Positions 38,383 through 48,051 of a DNA stretch of 50,308 nt are shown piece by piece. The notes beneath the pieces were generated by a model, which saw only the letters and a program-made list of their open reading frames with translations, did not search any database and was not told the origin of the DNA. Origin of the DNA: Campylobacterota bacterium (GTDB lineage Bacteria; Campylobacterota; Campylobacteria; Campylobacterales; Sulfurimonadaceae); contig JAYEKO010000035.1 in assembly GCA_034661055.1 (NCBI GenBank), positions 1-50,308 on the forward strand. Reading direction: 5' to 3'. Position 1 is the first letter of the stretch. Every line of letters begins with the position of its first letter. The translations under genes and the position numbers were made by a program.

Positions 38383-40203
38383 ATGTATGGTATAGAGATA
38401 TGGGGTGATAATAATTTTAGTATTAATGATGACCTGATTCACATTAACCATTTAAGTAAGCCCTCACTCTTAGAAATTACAAAAGAGATACGAGATAGCG
38501 GCTTACGGGGGCCAATGCTTTTAAGGTTTCCTCATCTCATTAAAAAGCAGATTGATCTACTCTATAGTAATTTTACTTTTGCTATGCAGGAGTATCAATA
38601 CAGAGGCTCTTTTAATGCTGTCTTTCCATTAAAAGTAAATCAACTTCCTAATGTTGTTAATACTATTATTGATCATGGTAAGCAGTATAACTATGGTCTT
38701 GAGGCAGGTTCCAAAGCAGAACTACTTCTTGCAATATCAAAAACACCTTTTGGCTCTCCTATAACTGTCAATGGTTTTAAAGATACAGAGATGATTACCT
38801 TGGGCTTTATAGCGTCACAGATGGGTCACAATATAACACTGATTATTGAAGGGATTAACGAATTAGAGTCTATTATTGAAGTGGCTTCTTCAAGTAATTT
38901 AAAAGTACCTTCAATTGGCATTCGTCTTCGTCTTCATAGTATAGGCAGTGGTTTTTGGGCTAAAAGTGGAGGAATGAACTCTAAATTTGGCTTAACTACT
39001 ACTGAGCTTATTGAAGCTATACATCTTCTAAAAAAGAGTAATCTTCTTAAAAACTTTACTATGGCCCATTTTCATATTGGATCTCAAATGCAAGAGATAT
39101 ATCCTATGAAAAAAGCTCTTAGAGAAGCTGGTAATATCTATGCGGAACTTAAGATGATGGGAGCTGGCAATCTCTCATCAATTAACATCGGTGGCGGATT
39201 AGCAGTGGAGTATTCGCAGACTAAAAAAGATAGACAAAACTACTCCTTAGAAGAGTTTGCTAACGACATAGTCTTTTCTCTTCGTGAGATTATGGATGCC
39301 AAGGGAGTTGAGCATCCAGACATCTACACAGAGTCTGGACGCTTTATTGTGGCATCACACGCGGTATTAATTACTCCTGTTCTTGAACTATTTTCACATG
39401 ATTACCAAGAACAATCTTTAAAGTTTAAAGATAGTAATCCACCTCTTATTGAAGAGCTGCGTGACCTAAACAATCTCTTAGACAGAAAAAACTGTATTGA
39501 GTTTATGCATGATGCTCTTCATCATCAAGAGTCTCTTTTGACACTTTTTGACCTTGGCTATATTGACCTGCAAGATAGATCAAATTCAGAAATACTAGTA
39601 CATATTATTATTAAAAAATCGCTTTACTTAATGGCATCAAATCATACCAATGAGAGTATGCATCTAGAAGAGCAGTATCAAGAGCGTTTTTTAATTAATG
39701 CATCTATTTTCCAAAGCCTACCTGACTACTGGGGTATCAAACAGAATTTTCCTGTTATTCCTCTTAACAAATTAGCTACACAACCTATTCAAGCTGCGAG
39801 TTTATGGGACATTACTTGTGACAGTGATGGCGAGATACCATTTGATGTAGATTCGCCACTATATCTACACGATGTAGATCTTAATGAAGAGCCTTATTTT
39901 CTAGCTTTTTTCAATATAGGTGCCTACCAAGAGACTCTTGGTATGAGTCACAATCTTTTTGTTAATCCATCTGAATGCAGTATCACTATTACTAACGACG
40001 GCTATAAGCTTGAAAATTTAAATGAATCCCCAAATATATTAGAGATTTTAGATACATTACATTACGATAAATCAGAAATATTAAGCAGACTTAAAAATAA
40101 TTTAGCCAACAGCCACTTTATTACAGAAAAAGAAAAAAGTGATACACTTCAAAAATTAGATTTGTACCTGCATCAAAACGGGTATTTACGCACAGCAAAC
40201 TAA
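38383..40203 (+). CDS. speA: Biosynthetic arginine decarboxylase
   Basis: FPLKVNQ, GLEAGSKAEL, HFHIGSQ, GGGL, ESGR, DITCDSDG, GAYQE. Confidence 0.96.
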   Translation: MYGIEIWGDNNFSINDDLIHINHLSKPSLLEITKEIRDSGLRGPMLLRFPHLIKKQIDLLYSNFTFAMQEYQYRGSFNAVFPLKVNQLPNVVNTIIDHGKQYNYGLEAGSKAELLLAISKTPFGSPITVNGFKDTEMITLGFIASQMGHNITLIIEGINELESIIEVASSSNLKVPSIGIRLRLHSIGSGFWAKSGGMNSKFGLTTTELIEAIHLLKKSNLLKNFTMAHFHIGSQMQEIYPMKKALREAGNIYAELKMMGAGNLSSINIGGGLAVEYSQTKKDRQNYSLEEFANDIVFSLREIMDAKGVEHPDIYTESGRFIVASHAVLITPVLELFSHDYQEQSLKFKDSNPPLIEELRDLNNLLDRKNCIEFMHDALHHQESLLTLFDLGYIDLQDRSNSEILVHIIIKKSLYLMASNHTNESMHLEEQYQERFLINASIFQSLPDYWGIKQNFPVIPLNKLATQPIQAASLWDITCDSDGEIPFDVDSPLYLHDVDLNEEPYFLAFFNIGAYQETLGMSHNLFVNPSECSITITNDGYKLENLNESPNILEILDTLHYDKSEILSRLKNNLANSHFITEKEKSDTLQKLDLYLHQNGYLRTAN

Positions 40204-40212
40204 GGAAAACAT

Positions 40213-40914
40213 TTGGCTCTTTTTAGAGAAATAGCAGAAGATTTTAGCAATGTCTATAAAAACGATCCTGCCATTCAATCACGCATGGATTTTATTTTTA
40301 ACTATCCCGGTGTCTGGGCCATTGTATGGTACCGCATAGCACATCGACTCTACAGAAGTGGTTTTAGACGCTTCGCACGAATGATTATGGGAATTAACCT
40401 ACTTATTACCAATATTGACATTCACCCTGCTGCACGCATTGGACGACGAGTTTTTATTGACCATGGCTTTGGGGTTGTTATTGGAGAGACCTGTATTATT
40501 GAAGAAGATGTTGTCATCTACCAAGGGGTTACACTTGGTGGTGTCAGTCTAGATCAGGGAAAACGCCACCCTACTATTCAAAACTCTGCTGTCATTGGTG
40601 CTGGTGCAAAGGTTCTTGGAAATATTACTATTGGTTCCTTTGCAAAAGTTGGAGCAAACTCGGTTGTAGTAAGAGATGTCCCCGAGTGTTCCACTGCTAT
40701 TGGAATTCCGGCACATGTTATTGAAAAAGGACGTGATAAAGATCAGTTTTCACACAACAAACTTCCTGATATTAACAAAGAGATTTTCGAATATCTTATT
40801 AAACGTGTTGCTGTTTTAGAACATGCTGTTATGAAAGACAATAAAGAGATTATTGATGAAGATATTAAACTAGAGCATATTTATGAGTCGTTTATTAAAG
40901 CGATGAAGAACTAA
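40213..40914 (+). CDS. cysE: Serine O-acetyltransferase
   Basis: NDPA, DIHPAARIGRRVFIDHG, QGVTLGG, KRHPT. Confidence 0.96.
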   Translation: MALFREIAEDFSNVYKNDPAIQSRMDFIFNYPGVWAIVWYRIAHRLYRSGFRRFARMIMGINLLITNIDIHPAARIGRRVFIDHGFGVVIGETCIIEEDVVIYQGVTLGGVSLDQGKRHPTIQNSAVIGAGAKVLGNITIGSFAKVGANSVVVRDVPECSTAIGIPAHVIEKGRDKDQFSHNKLPDINKEIFEYLIKRVAVLEHAVMKDNKEIIDEDIKLEHIYESFIKAMKN

Positions 40915-41229
40915 TTGTTTTTTAAACTTCTCTTTTTTATAACTCTACTCGCTATATCTATCTTGGCAGTTCTGCCTGATTACAATGCCCTACCCCCTGT
41001 TGTATCTATGAGTGATGTTATTAACCATATTTTAGCCTTTTTTACTCTTTCTTTTTTATTTAAACTTGCATATCCAAAACTCAAAACTATTTTACATGTA
41101 TTTTTACTAAGTGCCTACGGAGTAGCTATTGAAGTCGTACAATATTTTCTCCCAACACGCTTTGGTGACCCTTATGATGTTCTATCTGATATACTTGGAG
41201 TTCTTTTAGCACTTATCTTTATGTTATAA
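40915..41229 (+). CDS. VanZ family membrane protein
   Basis: D..NHILAF, YGVAIEVVQYFLPTR..D..D...D..G. Confidence 0.85.
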   Translation: MFFKLLFFITLLAISILAVLPDYNALPPVVSMSDVINHILAFFTLSFLFKLAYPKLKTILHVFLLSAYGVAIEVVQYFLPTRFGDPYDVLSDILGVLLALIFML

Positions 41230-41255
41230 TTTCGAAAATTTTATAAGAGGTTATT

Positions 41256-42422
41256 ATGCTTACAAATCGCGTTAACGTACTTTCAGAATCCATTACTATT
41301 GCTATTACAACATTAGCTCAAGAGCTTAAGGCTGAAGGGAAAGATATTTTAAGTTTCTCTGCTGGAGAACCTGATTTTAACACACCACAGGTTATTAAAG
41401 ATGCTGGTATTAAAGCTATAGAAGAGGGTTTTACTAAATATACTGCAGTAGATGGCATTGTTGAACTGCGCCAAGCCATTGTAGATAAATTAAAACGTGA
41501 CAATGGACTAGAGTATGAACTAAACCAAGTTATTGCCAACAATGGTGCTAAACACTCTCTATTTAATCTGTTCTCTGTAACTATTGATAAAGGTGATGAA
41601 GTTATTGTTCCTGCACCATACTGGGTGACGTATCCTGAACTCATAAACTACTGTGGCGGATCAGTTGTTGAGATTGAGACACAAGATACGACTGGTTTTA
41701 AAATCACTCCTGAGCAGCTTAAAAATGCCATTACACCTAAAACAAAGATGTTAATCCTAACAACACCTTCAAATCCTTCAGGTGCCGTGTACACCAAAGA
41801 GGAACTTTTAGCACTTGGCGAGGTTCTAAAAAGTACAGATATTATGGTTGCAAGTGATGAGATGTACGAGAAACTGACATACAGAGGTGAATTCACATCT
41901 GTGGCATCAGTAAGTGATGATATGTTCAAACGTACTATTACCATTAATGGACTTAGTAAGTCAGTAGCAATGACAGGATGGCGTTTTGGCTACATGGCCG
42001 CTGCGGACACTGACCTAATTAAAGCGACTAAGAAGCTACAGAGCCAAAGTACATCAAACATCTGTACAATTACACAAAAAGCTTCAATTACAGGGCTTGA
42101 TGGAAGCGCAGATGCCGATATTGAAATTATGAAAAAAGCATTTATTGAGCGTCGTGATGAAGGGGCTAAACTCTTTAATGCCATTGATGGTCTTTCGGTT
42201 TTAGTGCCTGATGGAGCTTTTTATCTGTTTGTAAACATTAAAGATATTACCAATGATTCAATGGAGTTCTCAAAAGGATTACTTAGCGATGTCAACGTTG
42301 CTGTTGTTCCTGGTGTTGCTTTTGGTTTAGAAGGATATTTTAGATTTAGTTTTGCGACAGATATTGACAGTATTCGCGAAGGAATCTCCAGAATTGAGAC
42401 TTACGTAAAGAGTAGAGCTTAA
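41256..42422 (+). CDS. aspB: PLP-dependent aminotransferase class I (aspartate aminotransferase)
   Basis: AGEPDF, PSNPSG, SDEMY, GLSKSVAMTGWRFG, GAFY. Confidence 0.92.
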   Translation: MLTNRVNVLSESITIAITTLAQELKAEGKDILSFSAGEPDFNTPQVIKDAGIKAIEEGFTKYTAVDGIVELRQAIVDKLKRDNGLEYELNQVIANNGAKHSLFNLFSVTIDKGDEVIVPAPYWVTYPELINYCGGSVVEIETQDTTGFKITPEQLKNAITPKTKMLILTTPSNPSGAVYTKEELLALGEVLKSTDIMVASDEMYEKLTYRGEFTSVASVSDDMFKRTITINGLSKSVAMTGWRFGYMAAADTDLIKATKKLQSQSTSNICTITQKASITGLDGSADADIEIMKKAFIERRDEGAKLFNAIDGLSVLVPDGAFYLFVNIKDITNDSMEFSKGLLSDVNVAVVPGVAFGLEGYFRFSFATDIDSIREGISRIETYVKSRA

Positions 42423-42435
42423 TAAGCTCTACTCT
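42409..42435. terminator. Perfect 12-bp hairpin between convergent genes
   Basis: AGAGTAGAGCTT-aat-AAGCTCTACTCT, overlapping both stop codons. Confidence 0.6.
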
Positions 42436-42655
42436 ACTTTATTGCTTGTAACGCAGCAATAACATCTTCTAAATTGTTTAGAGGAATGTGTACTTTCCAC
42501 TCTGGGTTATTCTTGTTACCTGCTAGTGAGATGCCTACACTGGCAACACTGTTACTACCTTCACCATAAGGCTCATCAATTTTTGCAATTGAGATAACAC
42601 CATTTTTTGTTCCATCTAGCTCTAATGTTGTCTGATTACTTACTTTTTCGCTCAT
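42434..42655 (-). CDS. Small hypothetical protein (73 aa)
   Basis: AAGGA RBS; last gene of the ilvI-ilvH-lpxD run. Confidence 0.75.
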   Translation of the reverse strand: MSEKVSNQTTLELDGTKNGVISIAKIDEPYGEGSNSVASVGISLAGNKNNPEWKVHIPLNNLEDVIAALQAIK

Positions 42656-42671
42656 AATTTTTCCTTATTTA

Positions 42672-43631
42672 TTAACTTTTTAATAGTCTAGCTAATTTTC
42701 CTTGAAGTTTCAACCACTGTTTATGGTCCATAAAAGGAAAACCTGCAAACGTCTTACCACTTTGCTCAATACTTTTTGTTACTCCGGTGCGTGCTGCAAG
42801 TGTTGTAAAAGGAGCTACACTTAGATGTCCAGCTGTGGCGCTTTGACCGCCCATAACAACATTGCGACCAAGAGTGGTTGAACCCGCTACTCCAACTTGA
42901 GCAGCAATTACACTATGTTCACCAATAACACAGTTGTGCGCTACTTGAATTAAATTATCAAGTTTTGAACCATGTTTAATCCGCGTAGATCCAAATACAG
43001 CCCTATCTATTGCGCAATTACTACCAATTTCAACATCATCTTCAATAACAACATTTCCATTTTGATAGATTTTAACGTGCTCTCCTGTAGCCGTATGAGC
43101 AAATCCAAATCCATCACACCCTACTGCAGTGTTCGCATGAATAATACAGTTACTACCTATTTCACAGTCTCTATAGATTGTTACATTTGGATGAAGCACC
43201 GTGTTGTTTCCGATAATAACATTGGCACCTACATAACAGCCTGGCATTATAGTACACTCCATGCCAATCTGTACACCATTTGCAATGTAAACATTCTCGC
43301 CAATATAGGAAGTTTCGCCAACCTCTGGACTACTTCCATCGCTCTCAAAAGGTAGCATTGAAAAATACTTTGATGCTTTTGCCATATATAAGTAAGGATT
43401 GGACTCAACTAAAAGAATCTCACACTCATTTGGAATTGAGGTTAAAAACTCTTTTGTTACAATAACAGCTAACGCCTTAGTAGTTTTAAGATCTTCAATA
43501 TGCTTCTTATCTACAATAAAACTTAATTCTGTGCTACTAGCATCTTTTAAAGTATTAATAGCGGTAATAGGTGTCGATTTACCACCATACTCAATACCAA
43601 TATTTTTAGCTAATATATCTAAGGGAATCAT
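42672..43631 (-). CDS. lpxD: UDP-3-O-acylglucosamine N-acyltransferase
   Basis: NPYL, hexapeptide repeats, GCDGFGFA, DDVEIGSNCAIDRA, KLDNLIQVAHNC. Confidence 0.96.
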   Translation of the reverse strand: MIPLDILAKNIGIEYGGKSTPITAINTLKDASSTELSFIVDKKHIEDLKTTKALAVIVTKEFLTSIPNECEILLVESNPYLYMAKASKYFSMLPFESDGSSPEVGETSYIGENVYIANGVQIGMECTIMPGCYVGANVIIGNNTVLHPNVTIYRDCEIGSNCIIHANTAVGCDGFGFAHTATGEHVKIYQNGNVVIEDDVEIGSNCAIDRAVFGSTRIKHGSKLDNLIQVAHNCVIGEHSVIAAQVGVAGSTTLGRNVVMGGQSATAGHLSVAPFTTLAARTGVTKSIEQSGKTFAGFPFMDHKQWLKLQGKLARLLKS

Positions 43632-44101
43632 CTCTCTAGGGCTACCGATCCACTTCTAACAACTTCTTTTGGATGAAATATCTTAATAACATTTAAAAAG
43701 TTTGTGACACGTTTTGGCTCATCTGCAATCATTACAATTACCGTATCATTACCAACATTGACAATACTGCCATTATAAGCAGCTGCCAATGCAGAGATGT
43801 CTGATAGGGACTCACTCATTGGAAACTTCACTAGTGCCATCTCTTTTTCAACCAAATCAGCATGTTCGTAAACTTTTAAAATTGGAATAAGTTTATGTAG
43901 CTGTTTAACAATCTGTTCACTTACACGAACTGAACCAGAGGTTACAATAGTAAGTCTTGAATATTTAGATTCATGAACTGGCGCAACAGTTAATGACTCA
44001 ATATTATATCCACGACCTGAAAAAAGATCGGTAACACGAGAGAGCACACTCGCTTCATTGACAACAATTACTGAAATAACACGTCTTGCAACACTTTCCA
44101 T
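43628..44101 (-). CDS. ilvH: Acetolactate synthase small subunit
   Basis: VLSRVTDLFSGRGYNIESLTV, QIVKQLHKLI, EVVRSG. Confidence 0.96.
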   Translation of the reverse strand: MESVARRVISVIVVNEASVLSRVTDLFSGRGYNIESLTVAPVHESKYSRLTIVTSGSVRVSEQIVKQLHKLIPILKVYEHADLVEKEMALVKFPMSESLSDISALAAAYNGSIVNVGNDTVIVMIADEPKRVTNFLNVIKIFHPKEVVRSGSVALER

Positions 44102-45798
44102 TACTTCTCCTTACTCTCTAGCATCATATTAAACAGTGAACCACCTGATGGTACCATTGGCATTACATTCTCTAAGCGCGCTACTGAGACATTAATTATT
44201 GCCACTATATTCTTCTCAACAGCATCTTTAAGTGCTGCATCAAATTCCTCTTTTGTGGAGACATCGTAACCGATACCGCCAAAGCTCTCAGCCATCATCT
44301 TAAAATTAGGCTGACCTGTAGAGAGATCTGTTGATGAGTGACGCTTATCATAAAAAAGTGTCTGCCACTGACGTACCATTCCCAAATATTTATTATTTAA
44401 AATAATATTAATAACAGGTAGCTTATTCTCAACTGCGGTCATTAACTCTTGAATATTCATTAAAATAGAACCATCGCCTGTAATATTAATACTTACTCGC
44501 TCCATATCAGCACGCTTTACACCCATTGCTGCCGGAAAACCAAAGCCCATAGTTCCTAGTCCACCTGAGCTGATAAATTGACGAGGACGTGAGAATGGAT
44601 AAAACTGTGCGGCCCACATCTGGTGCTGTCCAACATCAGTAGAGATATTAGCATTAGAACCAAGAAGCTCACCTACTCGCTCAATGACCCATTGAGGTTT
44701 TATGACACCCTTCTCTTCTCTGTAGCTAAGAGGATGAAGCTTTTCGAAGTTTGCAACCGTCTCTAACCAAGCCTCATAACGAGAAGGATCAACACTCTCT
44801 TTAATCTGCTCAATCATTGATGCAACTACGCCTTTAATATCACCAACAATTGGATAGTGAGCATTTACAAGCTTAGAGATACTTGCGGGATCGATATCTA
44901 CATGAATAACATCAGCATTCTTTGCAAACTCAGAAAGTTTACCCGTTACACGATCATCAAAACGTGCACCTAAACCAATAATTAAATCTGTCTCACTCAT
45001 TGCCATATTTGCTGCATAAGATCCATGCATTCCAAGCATTGAAATTAGTAGTTCATCATCAAAACTTAATGTTCCACGTGCCATAAATGTCTCAACTGCT
45101 GGAATACCTGTCATCTTAGTAAATGTACGAACTTCTTGAGTAGCATTAGAGTTAATAATTCCTCCACCTAAATAAAAGAGTGGACGTTTTGCCTTTAAAA
45201 TAGCTTCAACAGCTTTTTTAATCTGTCGAGCATTACCTTTAGTTGTTGGCTTATATGTCTCTAAAGCAGCTGGTTTAGAGTAGTCAAACTCAGCAATTTG
45301 CGCTGTTACATCTTTGGGAATATCTACATGAACAGGGCCTGGACGACCTGAAGAAGCTAAATAAAATGCCTCTTTTAAAACTCTAGGAAGGTCTCTAGCA
45401 TCAGTGACTAAATAGTTATGCTTTGTACAAGAACGGCTAATTCCAACAGCGTCAATCTCTTGAAATGCATCTGTTCCAATTAAACTCATTGGAACCTGAC
45501 CACTAATGACAACTAATGGGATTGAGTCCATATACGCATCTGCAAGTCCAGTGACTGCATTAGTAAAACCAGGCCCCGATGTAATCATCGCAACACCCAC
45601 TTTTCCGCTCGCTTTTGAATAACCCTCAGCAGCATGAACTGCTGCTTGTTCGTGACGTGTTAAAATATGCTCAAATCCATCTTGTTTATAGATTTCATCA
45701 TATACATTCATAATCGCCCCACCAGGGTAACCAAAAACAGTATCTACACCCTCAGCAATCAAAGCTTCAATAACCATTTGTGCTCCGCTTATTTGCAT
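44101..45798 (-). CDS. ilvI: Acetolactate synthase large subunit
   Basis: FGYPGGA, RHEQ, TSGPG, GRPGPV, DVGQHQMW, GDGS..MN, GMVRQWQ. Confidence 0.96.
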   Translation of the reverse strand: MQISGAQMVIEALIAEGVDTVFGYPGGAIMNVYDEIYKQDGFEHILTRHEQAAVHAAEGYSKASGKVGVAMITSGPGFTNAVTGLADAYMDSIPLVVISGQVPMSLIGTDAFQEIDAVGISRSCTKHNYLVTDARDLPRVLKEAFYLASSGRPGPVHVDIPKDVTAQIAEFDYSKPAALETYKPTTKGNARQIKKAVEAILKAKRPLFYLGGGIINSNATQEVRTFTKMTGIPAVETFMARGTLSFDDELLISMLGMHGSYAANMAMSETDLIIGLGARFDDRVTGKLSEFAKNADVIHVDIDPASISKLVNAHYPIVGDIKGVVASMIEQIKESVDPSRYEAWLETVANFEKLHPLSYREEKGVIKPQWVIERVGELLGSNANISTDVGQHQMWAAQFYPFSRPRQFISSGGLGTMGFGFPAAMGVKRADMERVSINITGDGSILMNIQELMTAVENKLPVINIILNNKYLGMVRQWQTLFYDKRHSSTDLSTGQPNFKMMAESFGGIGYDVSTKEEFDAALKDAVEKNIVAIINVSVARLENVMPMVPSGGSLFNMMLESKEK

Positions 45799-45914
45799 GG
45801 CACTCTCCTTAACATTTTACATGTAAATTAAAAAATTCGGCTATTATATAAAAAAGTAGCTATATTTTACGTTAAATGACTTTAAATAGAAGAGGTTAAA
45901 GCTTAGATTTATTT

Positions 45915-48041
45915 TTAACCCACTTCAATTTTCTCAACAATATGAGAACTGTTCCAAGAGTCAATACTACCTTGGTGAAGCTCTTCAATATCAAAGGTCT
46001 CGCCAAATTTTTTGCAAAACTGTACATAAAACATCTGTATTAAATCTTCTAACCCAAACATCTCTACATAACGTTTAACTCCACGCTGTATAACAAGGGG
46101 ATCTTTTGACTGCTTAAGCAGCGTCTCTAACTGTCTAATGTAACACTGTCCAAAAAGGTTTGCAATGGCTGCTTTTTTAGCATCAATATTTAAATATTCT
46201 TGTATTGAATCTCTGACACCAAAAGCATCTCCCTTAGATGATAATTTAAGAGCAATATCAACTTGAACTGTCCAGAGTTTTTCCAATTTTGCACCCTCTT
46301 TTGTCTCATATAGAAGCGGATAACTGCTCATATAAGCAAAAGCATTGGCAATGTTATCACTATGAGTTGCATCATAAAAAAGACGATATGCTTTAATTGT
46401 ATCACTCATATCTCTTGCCTCTTCAGCAAAGTCAGGAAAATCAAAAAGAATTTCACATAGCTGTTGCGCCTTAGGATATTCCCTATTTTTGAAGCTCTCT
46501 TGAGACTTAATATATATTGTATCTGCATAGTTTATTAGAGTGTCATATTCGGAAAACTCCATTAAAAATGGGTGGTTTTTAATGAGTTCAAAGACCTTTT
46601 TAAACTCTTTTATTGATATAAGTTTTTTAAAATAAATATACATCTTCTGTTGTGTAAACAGCTGCTGCATCAATTGAGTTTTATCTGATATTCCTCTAAA
46701 TGGGGCTAAAATTTGACGAGCCTGGTTTTCTCCATCTTTTTGAACTACAAGCTTTTGAGCCTGTAAAAAAAGTTTTTTCCAATGTAACTCCAACTGGTTA
46801 AATATTTTAGACTCTTTAAACTCTGGGCACTGATGTGCCATTGTATAAGCAAGCGGGTACTTCTGATTTTTAATGTGAGATTTAAACTGCTCAAACTTTT
46901 CAAAATTCTTCATAAAATTTGTAATAAACGTTCGTTTTTTTGGTACGCTAAGAAAAGGAGAGAAAATTGCATTTGCTCTCTTGGAATCACCTTTTTCCAT
47001 AAATATCTTGGCTTGAAGAACTGTTTTTTCCCACATTTTTTCTACCATTTTATAGGTGTCTGAGTACATAATAATAGGATTATCTTCAACCTCATCATAA
47101 TACTCTTTATATAGCCTGCTTTCTATTAGCTCTTTTAGGTGTGCTTCATCTCCCAAGAGTAAGAATATATTGACGTTTCCATCTGCAGTACCAACAGCTA
47201 ATCGATATCCATCTTCAATGAATCCCAACGAAGTAATACTTTCAGAAATTTTCATATAACGCTGTGTTAACTGTTGATAACTACTAGTGTCATATAGCGA
47301 GACATATCCTAGTTTTGTACCGACAAAAAGGAATTTCTTATCTGTACTCAAAACTATGCTTGTAATATCATCATTCATCTTTTTAAGACGAGAAAGTACT
47401 TTTCCTTTTTGAATATCCCAGACAATAAGTCCTCCATCTCTATCGGCTGAGAGCAGTCTCATATTAGGCAAAAAAAGCATTTTTATAATAGCTGAACTAT
47501 GGGCACGAAGCTTTAGTGGTGGTTTCATAGTAGCAATATTTAATAGGTTAATAGTTTTGTCAAAACTTCCAGTTGCAATAAACTGCCCACTGTCATTAAA
47601 TACTATGCTAGTCACATAATCTGAATGAGGCGGCATCGTAAATGCCAAACGTGCTGTTTTAAGTGCCCAAGCAAAGGTCTTGCCATCTTCACCACCAGTC
47701 ACCAAATAACGGGAATTTGGGTCAATAACAACGCTCTCTATCTCTCCTTGATGTCTCCCTACTTTGTAGAGAATCTCTTTTTTTGCTACAGAAAAAAGAG
47801 CGGCTTTTCCACTTTCAGGAATTATAGAAGCACTGAAGTTTCCAGTTGCGACAACATCTACAAAACTTCCCACGGTTCTACTTTGAACAATGTTAGTCTT
47901 AAAACCACCTACGGCAGCGTAGTCATTAGTATTGTAAAGTCGTAATGTAGTATCACTATCAATAACAGCCAAACGTCCATCATCTAAGGTCTTGAGCAGC
48001 AATACTGCTCTTTTAATATTAAAAACTTTTATCGCTTCCAC
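45915..48041 (-). CDS. WD40 beta-propeller plus helical-repeat protein
   Basis: GH/WD-type blades (RHQGEIESV..LVTGGEDG; PHSDYVTSI..ATGSFDKTI; AHSSAI..SADRDG..VWD); four 84-85-aa helical repeats in the C-terminal part. Confidence 0.9.
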   Translation of the reverse strand: MEAIKVFNIKRAVLLLKTLDDGRLAVIDSDTTLRLYNTNDYAAVGGFKTNIVQSRTVGSFVDVVATGNFSASIIPESGKAALFSVAKKEILYKVGRHQGEIESVVIDPNSRYLVTGGEDGKTFAWALKTARLAFTMPPHSDYVTSIVFNDSGQFIATGSFDKTINLLNIATMKPPLKLRAHSSAIIKMLFLPNMRLLSADRDGGLIVWDIQKGKVLSRLKKMNDDITSIVLSTDKKFLFVGTKLGYVSLYDTSSYQQLTQRYMKISESITSLGFIEDGYRLAVGTADGNVNIFLLLGDEAHLKELIESRLYKEYYDEVEDNPIIMYSDTYKMVEKMWEKTVLQAKIFMEKGDSKRANAIFSPFLSVPKKRTFITNFMKNFEKFEQFKSHIKNQKYPLAYTMAHQCPEFKESKIFNQLELHWKKLFLQAQKLVVQKDGENQARQILAPFRGISDKTQLMQQLFTQQKMYIYFKKLISIKEFKKVFELIKNHPFLMEFSEYDTLINYADTIYIKSQESFKNREYPKAQQLCEILFDFPDFAEEARDMSDTIKAYRLFYDATHSDNIANAFAYMSSYPLLYETKEGAKLEKLWTVQVDIALKLSSKGDAFGVRDSIQEYLNIDAKKAAIANLFGQCYIRQLETLLKQSKDPLVIQRGVKRYVEMFGLEDLIQMFYVQFCKKFGETFDIEELHQGSIDSWNSSHIVEKIEVG

Positions 48042-48051
48042 TGCCGCCTCC

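Noticed and set aside
41318..42184. Run of minus-strand ORFs inside the aminotransferase, and similar short antisense ORFs in metG, lpxD, ilvA and yeeE
   Set aside because: Antisense or alternate-frame shadows of well-supported genes
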